DNA of 63,930 bases, filler included, from an uncultured Ignavibacteriales bacterium (lineage in GTDB: Bacteria; Zixibacteria; MSB-5A5; GN15; JAAZOE01): assembly GCA_964611355.1 (NCBI GenBank). It is 5 parts of 5 records of this genome, joined end to end, with 100 filler letters (N's around TTAATTAATTAA, not from the genome) between each part and the next. Parts side by side here need not be neighbours in the genome. Positions count along the whole stretch, not along the records: positions 46,222 to 60,810 come from CAZSYD010000055.1; positions 60,911 to 63,930 come from CAZSYD010000097.1; 3 more parts are not named here. The stretch is one strand, 5' to 3'. A program made the position numbers and the translations under genes. The first letter of the stretch is position 1; the number at the start of each line of letters is the position of its first letter. A model generated the notes under the pieces. It did no database searches and was not told where the DNA came from. It saw only the letters and a program-made list of their open reading frames with translations. Shown one piece after another: positions 52,448 to 63,930 of the stretch.

Positions 52448-52903
52448 ATGGCCTTATATAGACATACCCGGATGGCCGGATGGGTTATTGTGATACCGGT
52501 CGGGCTGGCGATTCTGGCAACCGGTTATTTCGGCTTTTTCGAGTCGCATATCTTCTGTCTTGCGTTGTGCCTGTTTTTCCTGATTATCCTTACGCTGTTT
52601 TTCTCGCTGACGGTGATTGTGGACAAACACCCGGTCAGAATCATCTTCGGCGCGGGGATCATCCGCAAACGGATTCGCCTGTCCGGCGTACAATCCTGCC
52701 GGCCGGTCCGCAGCAAATGGTATTACGGCTGGGGAATAAGAATAATCCCCGGCGGGATGCTTTACAATATCTCCGGGCTGGACGCGGTCGAACTGATTAT
52801 GACCAACGGACATAAATACCGAATCGGCGCCAACGAACCTGATCGGCTCAACGGCGTTATCGACCGGATTCTCCGGGAACAGAAGGAACCGTTAGAAGCC
52901 TGA
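52448..52903 (+). CDS. Hypothetical 2-TM membrane protein
   Basis: Two TMs, WYYGWGIR, YNISGLDAVEL. Confidence 0.78.
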   Translation: MALYRHTRMAGWVIVIPVGLAILATGYFGFFESHIFCLALCLFFLIILTLFFSLTVIVDKHPVRIIFGAGIIRKRIRLSGVQSCRPVRSKWYYGWGIRIIPGGMLYNISGLDAVELIMTNGHKYRIGANEPDRLNGVIDRILREQKEPLEA

Positions 52904-52919
52904 TTATCTTTTTAACGGT

Positions 52920-54263
52920 TTACCCGTTAATCTTCTTGGCCAATAAATCCGGAATTTCGGCCAGTTTGTGACGGGTTTGCTCCATGCTGTCGCGGTCGCG
53001 GACGGTGACCGTTTCGTCTTCCATCGTCTGGCCGTCAATGGTAAAGCAATACGGCGTGCCGACTTCGTCCATGCGGCGATACCGCCGCCCGACGGCGCCG
53101 CCTTCGTCGTAGAAGACTTTAAACGTTTTGCGCAGTTCATCATATAGTTTGCGGGCAATCTCCGGCATGCCTTCTTTTTTGACCAGCGGGAAAACAGCCG
53201 CCTTAAACGGCGCGATCTTCGGCGACAGGCTCAGGCAAACCCGTTTTTCTCCCCTGACTTCCTCCTCGCGGTAACCGTCTATCAGGCAGGTCAAAAGCGT
53301 CCGGTCACATCCGGCTGAAGTTTCGATGATATAGGGATGATACTTTTCTTTTTTCTCCTCGTCCCAATAACGGAGGTCTTTACCGGTCGCTTCGGCGTGG
53401 CGGGAGACGTCGAAATCGGTGCGGTTATGTACTCCTTCCAACTCACTCCAGCCGAATGGGAATTTGTATTCAATATCAAAGGCTTTTTTGGCGTAGTGAG
53501 CCAGTTCGTCGGGGCCATGCTCGTGCCAGCGCAGTTTTTCTTCCCGAATTCCGAGATCAAGATAGTGTTTCCAGCGCTGTTCGCGCCAGTATTCAAACCA
53601 TTTATCGTCCTCGGAAGGATAGACGAAATACTGCATCTCCATCTGCTCGAACTCGCGCGTCCGAAAAATGAAATTACCCGGAGTGATTTCGTTGCGGAAC
53701 GCCTTGCCGATCTGGGCGATCCCGAACGGTACCTTCTGACGGGAAGGGCCCTGTACGTTCAGGAAATTGACATAAATACCCTGGGCCGTTTCGGGCCGCA
53801 GGTAAACCACCGAGGAGTCATCCTCAACCGCTCCCATGTGCGTTTTGAACATAAGATTAAACTGCCGCGCTTCTGTCAGTTCTCCGCCGCACTCCAGGGG
53901 CGTTTTGGATGGTTTGAGCGGACAGCGTGACTCCTCCAGTTTGTCGGCTCGAAAGCGTGCCTTGCACTTTTTGCAATCGACCAGCGGATCGGTGAACTCG
54001 GTGATGTGGCCGGAGGTTTGCCAGACATCGGGGTGCATCAGGATGGCGGCGTCAAGGCCTTCGATGTCATCCCGCTTGTGGACCATCTCGCGCCACCAAA
54101 AGTCTTTGATATTACGTTTCAGTTCCGCTCCAAGCGGACCATAGTCCCAACAGGCGTTGATCCCGCCGTAGATTTCGGACGACGGAAATACATACCCGCG
54201 CCGCTTACAGAGCGAGACCAGCTTGTCCATCAGTTCATCCTTGGCATTGGCTTTCTTTGCCAC
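52920..54263 (-). CDS. glyQS: Glycine--tRNA ligase, homodimeric type
   Basis: [43 protein letters not shown]. Confidence 0.97.
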   Translation of the reverse strand: MAKKANAKDELMDKLVSLCKRRGYVFPSSEIYGGINACWDYGPLGAELKRNIKDFWWREMVHKRDDIEGLDAAILMHPDVWQTSGHITEFTDPLVDCKKCKARFRADKLEESRCPLKPSKTPLECGGELTEARQFNLMFKTHMGAVEDDSSVVYLRPETAQGIYVNFLNVQGPSRQKVPFGIAQIGKAFRNEITPGNFIFRTREFEQMEMQYFVYPSEDDKWFEYWREQRWKHYLDLGIREEKLRWHEHGPDELAHYAKKAFDIEYKFPFGWSELEGVHNRTDFDVSRHAEATGKDLRYWDEEKKEKYHPYIIETSAGCDRTLLTCLIDGYREEEVRGEKRVCLSLSPKIAPFKAAVFPLVKKEGMPEIARKLYDELRKTFKVFYDEGGAVGRRYRRMDEVGTPYCFTIDGQTMEDETVTVRDRDSMEQTRHKLAEIPDLLAKKING

Positions 54264-55082
54264 CTACTCTCCATACGTCTTAACCGCGTGCGCCAGTTTA
54301 TCCAGGAAGTCAAATGACTTTATGTCCCGAAAAGTTCCCGCGTGATATTTCAAAAGCGCCGCTACCAGGTCAACCAGGACGTTCAACTCATCAAGGCTGA
54401 CCTTAATCTGCGAAGCTTCCTCCAGCGATGATTCCATCAACCGCAGCAACTTGCCGTGAAGCTGCGCCGGAAGGCCGATCATCTGGTTTTCGCCGACCAT
54501 CGACCGGCGGCAGGCGTCGCAAACGATACCACCCCGCTGAGCGCTGAAGAGGTATAAAACCTCGCCTTTTTCGCCATCCGCAACGGGAGATGATTTGGAC
54601 CCGCACCCGACGCAACCGGCCAGGTTGGGTCGAAATCCCAGAAGCGAAATAAGGCGCAATATATAGCCGCCAAATAGTCCCGGCAACCGCTTTTTCTCAA
54701 TAGTATCGGTCATCCGCAGGAAAGAGAGAGTGATCTGGTAGCAGGCCGGTTGAGCGTCGAGTGAAGTCAACAGGTTGTTCAGGAGCTCGAGGGCTGCGGA
54801 TGCAAACGCCAGTCGACCCAGTTGTCCGTCTTTTTCGAACAGGAAAACCTCCACCGGATCGACGTCGGAAAGATAGCCTCTTTCGCTTTCATCACGGATA
54901 TAACAGGAAAACTCCAGCCGGGCAAAACGAAGTGGTCGACCTCGTTTGCCGTTAAGGCGGCGGGAACCTCGCACATTGAGCGTCAGTTTGCCCCGGTCAG
55001 GGGTAAAAACCGTCAATGCCTGCGATGACTCCGACCAATCGGCCGAGGACAGAATTATACCTTCCGTTTTATGTATCGCCAT
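54264..55082 (-). CDS. recO: DNA repair protein RecO
   Basis: TEGIIL OB-fold start; LGFRPNL..CVGC...GGIVCDAC. Confidence 0.9.
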   Translation of the reverse strand: MAIHKTEGIILSSADWSESSQALTVFTPDRGKLTLNVRGSRRLNGKRGRPLRFARLEFSCYIRDESERGYLSDVDPVEVFLFEKDGQLGRLAFASAALELLNNLLTSLDAQPACYQITLSFLRMTDTIEKKRLPGLFGGYILRLISLLGFRPNLAGCVGCGSKSSPVADGEKGEVLYLFSAQRGGIVCDACRRSMVGENQMIGLPAQLHGKLLRLMESSLEEASQIKVSLDELNVLVDLVAALLKYHAGTFRDIKSFDFLDKLAHAVKTYGE

Positions 55083-55083
55083 T

Positions 55084-55440
55084 TTATCGGGAGGGTAGTT
55101 TCAGGTGGTAGATCGTTTCGTTCGGGCGGGAAAAGCCGTATTTTGTCCTCGCCAGCCACTCGACAAAATGCGGATCGGTTCCAAATCGACGGAGGCGGTA
55201 CGAGCAATCGACCGCCTCCGCGACAATGGAAATATATTCGTTTTTCAGCGCCTCGCGCCGGCATGTCAGGCGATAGATACGAAAAAGTCCGTAATCTCCG
55301 GTGCAAAACAGGTAAACCAGATAGAAGGCGGCCAGATATATAATTAGACGAACGGTTTTCTGCCGAAAACCGCGTTCATGTTCCGCCAGCCGGTTGAGAA
55401 GCCGGCGAGTTACTTTTTTCCTCAGATCCGTCGCGCCCAT
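55084..55440 (-). CDS. FtsB/DivIC-family septum formation initiator
   Basis: TM, GDYG, coiled coil, EWLARTKYGFSRPNE; follows eno. Confidence 0.85.
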   Translation of the reverse strand: MGATDLRKKVTRRLLNRLAEHERGFRQKTVRLIIYLAAFYLVYLFCTGDYGLFRIYRLTCRREALKNEYISIVAEAVDCSYRLRRFGTDPHFVEWLARTKYGFSRPNETIYHLKLPSR

Positions 55441-55448
55441 CCGCTCTG

Positions 55449-56753
<1,305 letters not shown>

Positions 56754-56876
56754 TTATTTTTTTCGCCAGTATTTATCACCGAAATCTATCGGGTTGAAAA
56801 TTTCGGGGCAAGACAAAATTCCGACCCGGGAAAATCAAAATTGACATAGAAATTTGAAACCGATATACTGCCTCCA

Positions 56877-59120
56877 ATGGTTGGAAAAGGCCCGATAATT
56901 ATTCTGCTGTCTTTGACGGCAACTTTCTCAACAGCCATAAACGGGGCTAATCTCGAAGATAAAATCCGGGCTGCCCAGTGTGACATTAAAGTCTTTTGCC
57001 CGGTCGTTCAGGCTGAAGATATCCAATGGTCGGCGCTTTTGCATCTGAACCAAACCTATGGCGCGGAGATTCATGTCGGTCTGATCCACCCGTCGCCGCT
57101 TTTTGGCTGCAAAACTATATCGACCGATGACGGCCAGTTTCATCTTTCATACATCGGTCGGGGGGTCGGCATGGACGACAGCACGCTGGCCGATTCGATA
57201 ATCGGCCGGCTTTTTGACGGCATATATCCCGACATTGCCATATTTGATGCGCCGAAAACCGAAGATTCGGCTTTCCTCGCATCGGTTCTGAATCGAATAA
57301 AGCAGGTTTCCAAGTCCGATTCTCTGGCGTTGGCGCCGTTGGAGAGAATTTATGTCCGAAGCCGGGATGTTTCCGACGCCAATGTGGTGCTTAACGATTA
57401 TGAGCTTTACCACAGGTATTCGGAGAAAGTCGAAGAGGTGGGCAATTTATTTGGCCGTGAAGGGCCGCTTAATTATAAGCCGGAACGATTTCGCCGCTAC
57501 TGCCTTATAACTTCGCAGGATGATAAGCAGGCGGCCAGGCATGATTTTATCTCCGGGTTTGATACCTTTCGTCTGCCTGATTTTATAGCCGAAAAGCTCT
57601 TCGAGGGCCCGGAACGCCGGAATATCCTCAATCGCGTGGCCCGGTACCGTTCATATATGCGGGCGGCTGAAAGGTATCGCCGCGGCAAGATGGGACAACT
57701 GCAACTGCTTGGAGCCGCTTACCGCGAGCTTACATGGCTTATTGAGACAATCGAATCGGGTACGGGGAATCTGGCCGAAACACTGATTCCGGCATGGGCC
57801 AGGCGAATTCATAAAAAGGCTCTTCTAACCGTTAACCAGGCTTTGGGGATCAACTGGTTCGGCAATCTTGAAATCAGGCAAACCCCCTACGGAAAAAAAG
57901 CGAAGCTGACTCTCGATCTGGAACTGGTCGGTTCCAAAAAGGTGGAGCTTTCTTATTTCAAATTTCATCCCTGCGGAAAATCCGCCATCGTGGTTGATTC
58001 CATCTCCAAAATAATCGATCCGCACCAGAGGTTTTACCGTCGGTACCCGGTTGATTTGAGCGACATCGATCTGTCCGGCCAGGAGGGCGATTCGCTTTTA
58101 TTTTCGATAGGAATTGTCGTCGAGGGATTGCCGCTCGATCTTTATATCCCTTACACCGAATACGTCCGGGAAGACCTCGCCATTCGTTTTCTGCCCGGTT
58201 ACACTTTCCTTTATCCTTTCACCCAGGACCAGATAACCGCACTGGCCCAGCCGTTTGACTGGCAGCTAATGATCAGCAAGCCGTACGGCAGCGAACTAAC
58301 GGGACGACTCAATATCCGCACTCCGGAAGGCATTGTCGTTGGAAGTTATGACAGAAGCGTGCGCATGCCGGTCGGCACAACCCGGAAATATATCAATATC
58401 TATCTGGCGGCCGGACGCTCGGTCGGGGAAGGACGAAAAACCGTTAAGGCCGCGCTTGAAGTCGGCGGCCAGATGGTAGCCGAGACATCAGCCGATATTC
58501 GAATCATCCCCTGCACGGTTCCGGATACTCGCGATATCGCCTTTGTTCCCGACGCCGATGGTCGGCTGGAGGATTTTCTCCGGATGGCCAGGGTTTCGTT
58601 TCAACCATTCACCGCTCACAGCCTTATCCGAGCCCCGCTGGAGGCCTATGATCTTTTGATAATCGGGCAGGACGCGGCCGGATATTACAATATTCTCCGT
58701 TCGGTCAGCGATCGATTGCGCGAGTTTGTCAAAAACGGCGGGGAGATACTTATTCTGGGTCAGTCGTTCGGTTGGCCCAATGATATTTTTGAATTCCCGA
58801 TTTACACTTCCAGAAACGTTACCACCCAACCGGCCGAAGTTATCAAAAAAGATCATCCACTTCTTAATAAACCGTACAGGATTAAATTCGATCGCCTGCG
58901 CGGGCTTATTTCTGAGACCGAACCTGTCTGCCCCGGTATTATCAACGCCGGTACGGAAATTATTTCTGCGGGGGAACTCGGCAGCTATCTGAAAGTCTCA
59001 AAAATCGGCGACGGCTATCTGATTTACTGCGGGCTGCCGCTTCTGGAGATGGCCGCCGCCCTGGACCCGGAAGCGATACATCTGCTGGCTAACCTGATTA
59101 ATTTCGGACATGGCAACTGA
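56877..59120 (+). CDS. Secreted protein resembling LmbE/PIG-L architecture with C-terminal GATase-like domain
   Basis: Signal peptide; LEAYDLLIIG...FVKNGGEILIL...DHPLLNKP...LLANLI; no HPDDE motif. Confidence 0.6.
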   Translation: MVGKGPIIILLSLTATFSTAINGANLEDKIRAAQCDIKVFCPVVQAEDIQWSALLHLNQTYGAEIHVGLIHPSPLFGCKTISTDDGQFHLSYIGRGVGMDDSTLADSIIGRLFDGIYPDIAIFDAPKTEDSAFLASVLNRIKQVSKSDSLALAPLERIYVRSRDVSDANVVLNDYELYHRYSEKVEEVGNLFGREGPLNYKPERFRRYCLITSQDDKQAARHDFISGFDTFRLPDFIAEKLFEGPERRNILNRVARYRSYMRAAERYRRGKMGQLQLLGAAYRELTWLIETIESGTGNLAETLIPAWARRIHKKALLTVNQALGINWFGNLEIRQTPYGKKAKLTLDLELVGSKKVELSYFKFHPCGKSAIVVDSISKIIDPHQRFYRRYPVDLSDIDLSGQEGDSLLFSIGIVVEGLPLDLYIPYTEYVREDLAIRFLPGYTFLYPFTQDQITALAQPFDWQLMISKPYGSELTGRLNIRTPEGIVVGSYDRSVRMPVGTTRKYINIYLAAGRSVGEGRKTVKAALEVGGQMVAETSADIRIIPCTVPDTRDIAFVPDADGRLEDFLRMARVSFQPFTAHSLIRAPLEAYDLLIIGQDAAGYYNILRSVSDRLREFVKNGGEILILGQSFGWPNDIFEFPIYTSRNVTTQPAEVIKKDHPLLNKPYRIKFDRLRGLISETEPVCPGIINAGTEIISAGELGSYLKVSKIGDGYLIYCGLPLLEMAAALDPEAIHLLANLINFGHGN

Positions 59121-59252
59121 TAAAGCCGGGCGGTCGCCTTATCCCGTCCGCATCCCGGAAAAACGTACAGGATATTTCTTATTTGGTGTTGTGGCAATAA
59201 ACTCTGTCGATACCGGAGTTGGAGTTAAACCTGATTAAGCGGACGGGAACAG

Positions 59253-60035
59253 ATGGCTGATTTTAAAAAAGAACTCAGGTTTGCCAAAGAGATCGCGCTT
59301 GGGGCGGGCGATATACTCAGCAAGGGAATGAAACAACGCCTCGAGGTTAAGCTCAAGGGGCGGGTTGACCTGGTTACCGAAATCGATCTCAGGTCGGAGA
59401 AGTTTATTACCCGCAGGATTTCTCGCGTTTTCCCCGATCATTCCATCCTCGCCGAAGAAGGCGGAGAGACGCAAAAACGTTCTTCGCATCTCTGGATCAT
59501 CGATCCGCTCGACGGCACTACTAACTACGTGCACGGCTATCCTGCTTTTTGTGTTTCCATCGGCCTTGAGGTAGAGCGTAAAATGGTTCTTGGTGTCATC
59601 TATAATCCGGTGCATAAAGAGCTGTTTTATGCAATTAAGGGGAAGGGCGCTTTTCTCAATCGCGGGCGGATAACGGTATCGAAAGAAACAAAGCTGGCCA
59701 ATTCGCTTCTGGCGACCGGGTTTCCTTACGACATCGCCGAAACCAATATCGACAACCTGGATAATTTCGCCCGGATGTACAAGGTTGCGCGGGGCATCCG
59801 GCGCGGCGGATCGGCGGCACTGGATATCTGTTATATGGCCTGCGGCAGGTTCGACGGTTTCTGGGAGTTGAAGCTGCATCCGTGGGATACGGCCGCGGGA
59901 ATTGTAATTGTACGTGAGGCCGGCGGCCGGGTAACAAGAATTGACGGGGGAAAGTATTCGATTTATGATAAAAGTATATTAGCCTCCAACGGAAAAATTC
60001 ATCGGCAGATGCAAAAGATATTATTGCGGAGCTAA
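59253..60035 (+). CDS. suhB: Inositol monophosphatase family protein
   Basis: DLVTEID, WIIDPLDGTTNY, GSAALD, PWDTAAG. Confidence 0.95.
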   Translation: MADFKKELRFAKEIALGAGDILSKGMKQRLEVKLKGRVDLVTEIDLRSEKFITRRISRVFPDHSILAEEGGETQKRSSHLWIIDPLDGTTNYVHGYPAFCVSIGLEVERKMVLGVIYNPVHKELFYAIKGKGAFLNRGRITVSKETKLANSLLATGFPYDIAETNIDNLDNFARMYKVARGIRRGGSAALDICYMACGRFDGFWELKLHPWDTAAGIVIVREAGGRVTRIDGGKYSIYDKSILASNGKIHRQMQKILLRS

Positions 60036-60145
60036 AGATGTCTTCTGAGCAATCTTGTTTGTTCAATCAGGATTGGAACCTAAAAATAATAGGCTGACTG
60101 TCAATAAAACCGCCAGAAAGCCCGCGTCTTCCAATATATTAGCGG

Positions 60146-60400
60146 CTAAAAGCCCGCCAAGTGGATTTTGGTATTAGGATTGATGTCATCCCCAGACCAC
60201 CAAATTAGTCTTCGGGTTTTGAGCTGCCGTAATATCTTGAAAAACTTATCCAATGGAATTATATCTCTTGTTGCGTTGCGAACTACCGTCACATTAACAA
60301 AACCATTAGAGTCTATTCTATCTCGTATTGCTCTCCTGATTATTTCCGAAGAGATCCCCATTCGCATATTGGCCTTGTCACGATTTTTACTCGTATTCAT
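60146..60400 (-). CDS. Small basic hypothetical protein
   Basis: 84-aa ORF filling an intergenic gap. Confidence 0.45.
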   Translation of the reverse strand: MNTSKNRDKANMRMGISSEIIRRAIRDRIDSNGFVNVTVVRNATRDIIPLDKFFKILRQLKTRRLIWWSGDDINPNTKIHLAGF

Positions 60401-60515
60401 GCTTTCAAATCAATGTAAAGTTAGTATATTGTCAATCACATATTTTATTTTTCTTAATTGACGGGTGGCCCACAGTTTGCCCTGTATTTAATCGGAACAT
60501 ACAGTTGGAGGCGAC

Positions 60516-60810
60516 ATGAAAGAAAAAACGAGAATTGGTATAATCATCTGTGACCGCTATCGCAGGTGTGCGGGAGGAAAATGCTTCAGATCGTTGCGGA
60601 ACAGAGAAGGTGCGTTTGGCAGGTACAGGAACATCGAAGTTGAAGTTGTCGGGTATACCACTTGCGATGGGTGTCCCGGTGGTAATGTTGAATATGCTGT
60701 GGACGAAATGAAGAAAAACGGAGCAGAGGCGATACATCTTGCTACCGGATTAATCGTCGGCTATCCTCCATGTCCGTATATCACCTATTTCCGTGACTTC
60801 ATTAAAACAA
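60516..60810 (+). CDS. CGGC-domain protein, truncated at contig end
   Basis: GGAGG RBS; GIIICDRYRRCAGGKC, CDGCPG, YPPCP. Confidence 0.9.
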
Positions 60811-60910
60811 NNNNNNNNNNNNNNNNNNNNNNNNNNNNNNNNNNNNNNNNNNNNTTAATTAATTAANNNNNNNNNNNNNNNNNNNNNNNNNNNNNNNNNN
60901 NNNNNNNNNN
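60811..60910. other. Artificial contig linker
   Basis: 44 N + TTAATTAATTAA + 44 N. Confidence 0.99.
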
Positions 60911-61140
60911 AATATATGATGGCATAGGGCCTGATGCAAGGTAAAGAACGAAAGTCAAAAATAGTAACGGTTTGAATTGTATCTCGATTGCACTTCTTTG
61001 CCCTTATCACGTCGGGGCCGTACAGGTATTACCTTTTCCTCCGATAAGATAATTATACAATACGCTCCGTTTCTTAAGGCGGCATCAGGCTCCGGGGCGA
61101 ATTGGCACGAATGTGACAGGCGATAGGCAGGTTATTCCTA

Positions 61141-62091
61141 ATGTCGGGGAAAAGCGTCTCGCGCACGATAAGACTTAAGCGTAAAAGTTCCGTCTCGGCG
61201 CCGGAAAATACCATCAAGCGGAAAGATACAAAAGAACTATTGCAGGAGATGATTCGTAATCTGGAGGAGCGGGATCACCAGTTGAATTGTCTCCACGAAA
61301 TTTCCACGCTGCAGGATATGCCCGACTTTTCGATGGAACAGTCTTTCCGGCGAGTGGTCGAGTGTATTTTCTCTGCCAAGAGATACTCGGCCATAACCGG
61401 CGTCTCCATTACCGTTGAAGACAGGTCGTATAAATCGCCAAGATTCATCGAGACGGAATGGAAACAGGCAGCCGATATTACGGTATACGGCAAGAGAGCC
61501 GGAATAATAGAAATCTATTACCTTGAAAATACGGTTCAAGATAACCGGAATACACCTGCCGAAGGGAAACGCAATTTTATAGATATCATTGCTCGTGAGC
61601 TGCGCAGGTTTATTGAACGGCGACGAACCCGGCAGGCGCTGGCTGTTGCCAACGAAAAGCTGATAAACGAACAGATCGCTATGCAGAAGAAGCATACCGC
61701 CTTGAAAGAAATCCTGAACCAGATTGATGAAGAAAAAAAACATGTAATGCGCGACATACAATCCAATATTGAGCGTATCGCCCGGCCGATTTTGAGAATG
61801 ATCGAGGAAAAAATAAGTCCCCGGGAAAGCCGCTATGTCACTCTGCTGGATAGCTGCTTGAACGATATTTCGTCTCCATTTATAAGCCGGCTTGAAATGA
61901 ATAACAGCAAATTGACGCCGCGCGAAATCGAAATCTGCCATATGATCAGAAACGGGTTTTCCTCAAAGGCAATCGCTGCAACGCTTAATATTTCCCTGCA
62001 AACTGTTCATAAACAGCGCAAACAGATACGTGCCAAACTCGACCTGACCAACAGGAAAATCAATCTAACTTCCTATCTTAAAAGAAAATAA
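61141..62091 (+). CDS. LuxR-family regulator with GAF-like N-terminal domain
   Basis: LTPREIEICHMIRNGFSSKAIA...TVHKQRKQIRAKL. Confidence 0.9.
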   Translation: MSGKSVSRTIRLKRKSSVSAPENTIKRKDTKELLQEMIRNLEERDHQLNCLHEISTLQDMPDFSMEQSFRRVVECIFSAKRYSAITGVSITVEDRSYKSPRFIETEWKQAADITVYGKRAGIIEIYYLENTVQDNRNTPAEGKRNFIDIIARELRRFIERRRTRQALAVANEKLINEQIAMQKKHTALKEILNQIDEEKKHVMRDIQSNIERIARPILRMIEEKISPRESRYVTLLDSCLNDISSPFISRLEMNNSKLTPREIEICHMIRNGFSSKAIAATLNISLQTVHKQRKQIRAKLDLTNRKINLTSYLKRK

Positions 62092-62276
62092 CGGATTTCG
62101 GATACAATACCGTAACCCGCATGTCGGATATCTTTTCATCAAACATCCACGCTTGACCGATTGGGTATATCTTATGCCCAATCCGGCCCTAAATTTGTCC
62201 CATCTACTCTTTTCCGGAAAGGTCGAAGAATTGACGTGAGTATAGAGCTTTAAACAGGCAAAATAAGGAGGACAAA

Positions 62277-63930
62277 ATGAAGTTCAACCTGAAACTTACT
62301 CACAAAATCATGTTAATGGTTTTTGCCGTTCTTGTCATCTCGATTACCGGTCTGGGTTTGATTAGTACGATAAAATCATCGGACTATTTGACCGATACGG
62401 CCAAAGCCGATTTGGCCCACATGACCACGATGACGAAAGGCATGTGCCGGCTGGCAGCCGAGGATTCCAGGATTAAGGTTAAAGGTGATCTGGAAACGGC
62501 CCGACTGGCTTTTGAGCGGATTGGGGGCAGCCAGGTTATTATGGAAAACGGGCAGATGATTCTTGACCCGCATGGCGCACACCGGGTCATAGACAACAAC
62601 ACTGAATTTGTTGACGATATTACGAAAAGAACCGGATCATATTGCACGATATTCAACAACGAGGGGACCCAGGCAAGGCGGATCGCTACCAGCGTACTTA
62701 AGAAGGATGGTAATCGAGCCACCGGGACCATTGTGTCTCAGGAGGTTTTCGATACTGTCATTCGCAATAAGCAGACATTCTGGGGTCGGGCCTGGGTAGT
62801 TGATCAATATTACGTTACCGCGTACGAGCCGATTTACGATGTAAACGGTGAAGTCGCCGGTATCCTTTTCGTCGGCACAAAAGAAATGTCGGCAAGCCTG
62901 CGGGAACAGGTCCTGAGCATGAAGGTGGGGAAAACCGGTTATATCTATGCCATGGACCGGAAAGGGATATTGCAGATTCACCCGAAAAGTGAAGGAAATG
63001 ACATTGGCAATAACGGTTTTGCCCGCGAGATGATTGAAAAAGCTCCGAGGTTGTCGGATAGCGAAATCGGTTGGGTTAATTACGAATGGGATCGCAACGG
63101 AACCATGGCCGAGAAAATCGTGGCTTATGTCTATTTCGAGGATTGGGACTGGATCATCGGCGTCGGAAGCTACCTCGATGAATTCACCGCGCCGGCTAAT
63201 AATATCCAGCGTGCAATAATCATCTTTGGCATCGTTTGCCTGCTCGTGTCGCTGGTCATTGCCTTCCTTCTTGCCCGGACGATCATCCGGCCTATTACCG
63301 GCCTGGTTGATGTCGCCGAAGCCGTCGCCGTCGGTGACATCAGCAAAGAAATCGTGGTTAAAAGTAGGGATGAAGTGGGCGTTCTCGCCCTATCCATTAA
63401 AAACTTGATAGAGTATATCCGGGAGATTGCGAGAGCCTCGGAGAAGATTGCCGGAAATGATCTGACTGCAACCGTTGAGCCAAGGTCCGATAAGGACGTT
63501 CTCGGGAATTCCTTCAAGACCATGATTACTAACCTTGGCGGTATTATCCGTCAGTTGCGCGACAACGCCACCGAGCTGGTTTCGGCAGCCAATGAAATAT
63601 CCTCGGCCTCGGAGGAGATGGCGACCGGCGCCAAGAGCCAGACCGATCAGACGGCCCAGGTCTCCAGCGCCGTAGAAGAGATGACGGCCACGATTGTCGA
63701 GTCCGCCAAGAACGCCAACGAGGCAAAAGAGGCGTCAGAAGCCGCTTCTCAGGGCTCCGACGAAGGCCAGAAGATAGTCGGCGATACAATAAGCGGTATG
63801 GTCAAGATCGCCGAGTCGGCCCAGGATTCCGGTAAAATCGTCGGCGAGCTTGCCAAGGCCTCGGATAAGATCGGCGAGATTATCGGGGTTATTGACGACA
63901 TTGCCGACCAGACCAACCTTTTGGCTCTCA
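62277..63930 (+). CDS. Methyl-accepting chemotaxis protein (Cache sensor, HAMP), running off window end; absent from ORF track
   Basis: AAGGAGG RBS, ATG 62277 (MKFNLKLTHKIML), TM-Cache-TM, DEVGVLA, ends IDDIADQTNLLAL. Confidence 0.95.
   Translation, partial: MKFNLKLTHKIMLMVFAVLVISITGLGLISTIKSSDYLTDTAKADLAHMTTMTKGMCRLAAEDSRIKVKGDLETARLAFERIGGSQVIMENGQMILDPHGAHRVIDNNTEFVDDITKRTGSYCTIFNNEGTQARRIATSVLKKDGNRATGTIVSQEVFDTVIRNKQTFWGRAWVVDQYYVTAYEPIYDVNGEVAGILFVGTKEMSASLREQVLSMKVGKTGYIYAMDRKGILQIHPKSEGNDIGNNGFAREMIEKAPRLSDSEIGWVNYEWDRNGTMAEKIVAYVYFEDWDWIIGVGSYLDEFTAPANNIQRAIIIFGIVCLLVSLVIAFLLARTIIRPITGLVDVAEAVAVGDISKEIVVKSRDEVGVLALSIKNLIEYIREIARASEKIAGNDLTATVEPRSDKDVLGNSFKTMITNLGGIIRQLRDNATELVSAANEISSASEEMATGAKSQTDQTAQVSSAVEEMTATIVESAKNANEAKEASEAASQGSDEGQKIVGDTISGMVKIAESAQDSGKIVGELAKASDKIGEIIGVIDDIADQTNLLAL

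Noticed and set aside
59110..59238. 42-aa ORF before suhB
   Set aside because: No motif or support beyond being open
61102..61118. TGGCACG as sigma54 promoter
   Set aside because: No GC at -12 with correct spacing

Overview
Bacterial draft/MAG sequence made of five contigs joined by artificial 100-bp linkers (44 N + TTAATTAATTAA + 44 N at 15809-15908, 31222-31321, 46122-46221, 60811-60910), so gene order across linkers is meaningless. Dockerin-like and FlgD/T9SS-type C-terminal tails suggest a Zixibacteria-like organism (inference). Much is housekeeping: tadA, panD, rsfS, rho, thyX-nrdJ, acpS, pyrE, dprA, dimeric GlyRS, recO, ftsB-like, eno, suhB, two tRNA-Ser. Most notable: (1) glutamate dehydrogenase followed by two PEP-synthase/PPDK-N-like paralogues lacking recognisable phospho-His and pyruvate domains, one fused to a sensor domain and a Pol-beta nucleotidyltransferase, a possible uncharacterised GDH-modifying system; (2) an integrase-free 5.4-kb islet at tRNA-Ser(TGA) with 20-bp att repeats and arm-like repeats, carrying an RHH regulator, TolC and an RND pump without MFP, plus a possible second tandem islet ending at a GIY-YIG gene; (3) a ~180-nt structured ncRNA candidate with its own promoter; (4) an S8 protease/FG-GAP/dockerin gene split by one in-frame TAA; (5) a sigma70-region-4/zinc-HTH + RHH pair before the NrdR-boxed thyX-nrdJ promoter. 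No CRISPR array or rRNA seen. All family calls are by eye from motifs; no searches were run.
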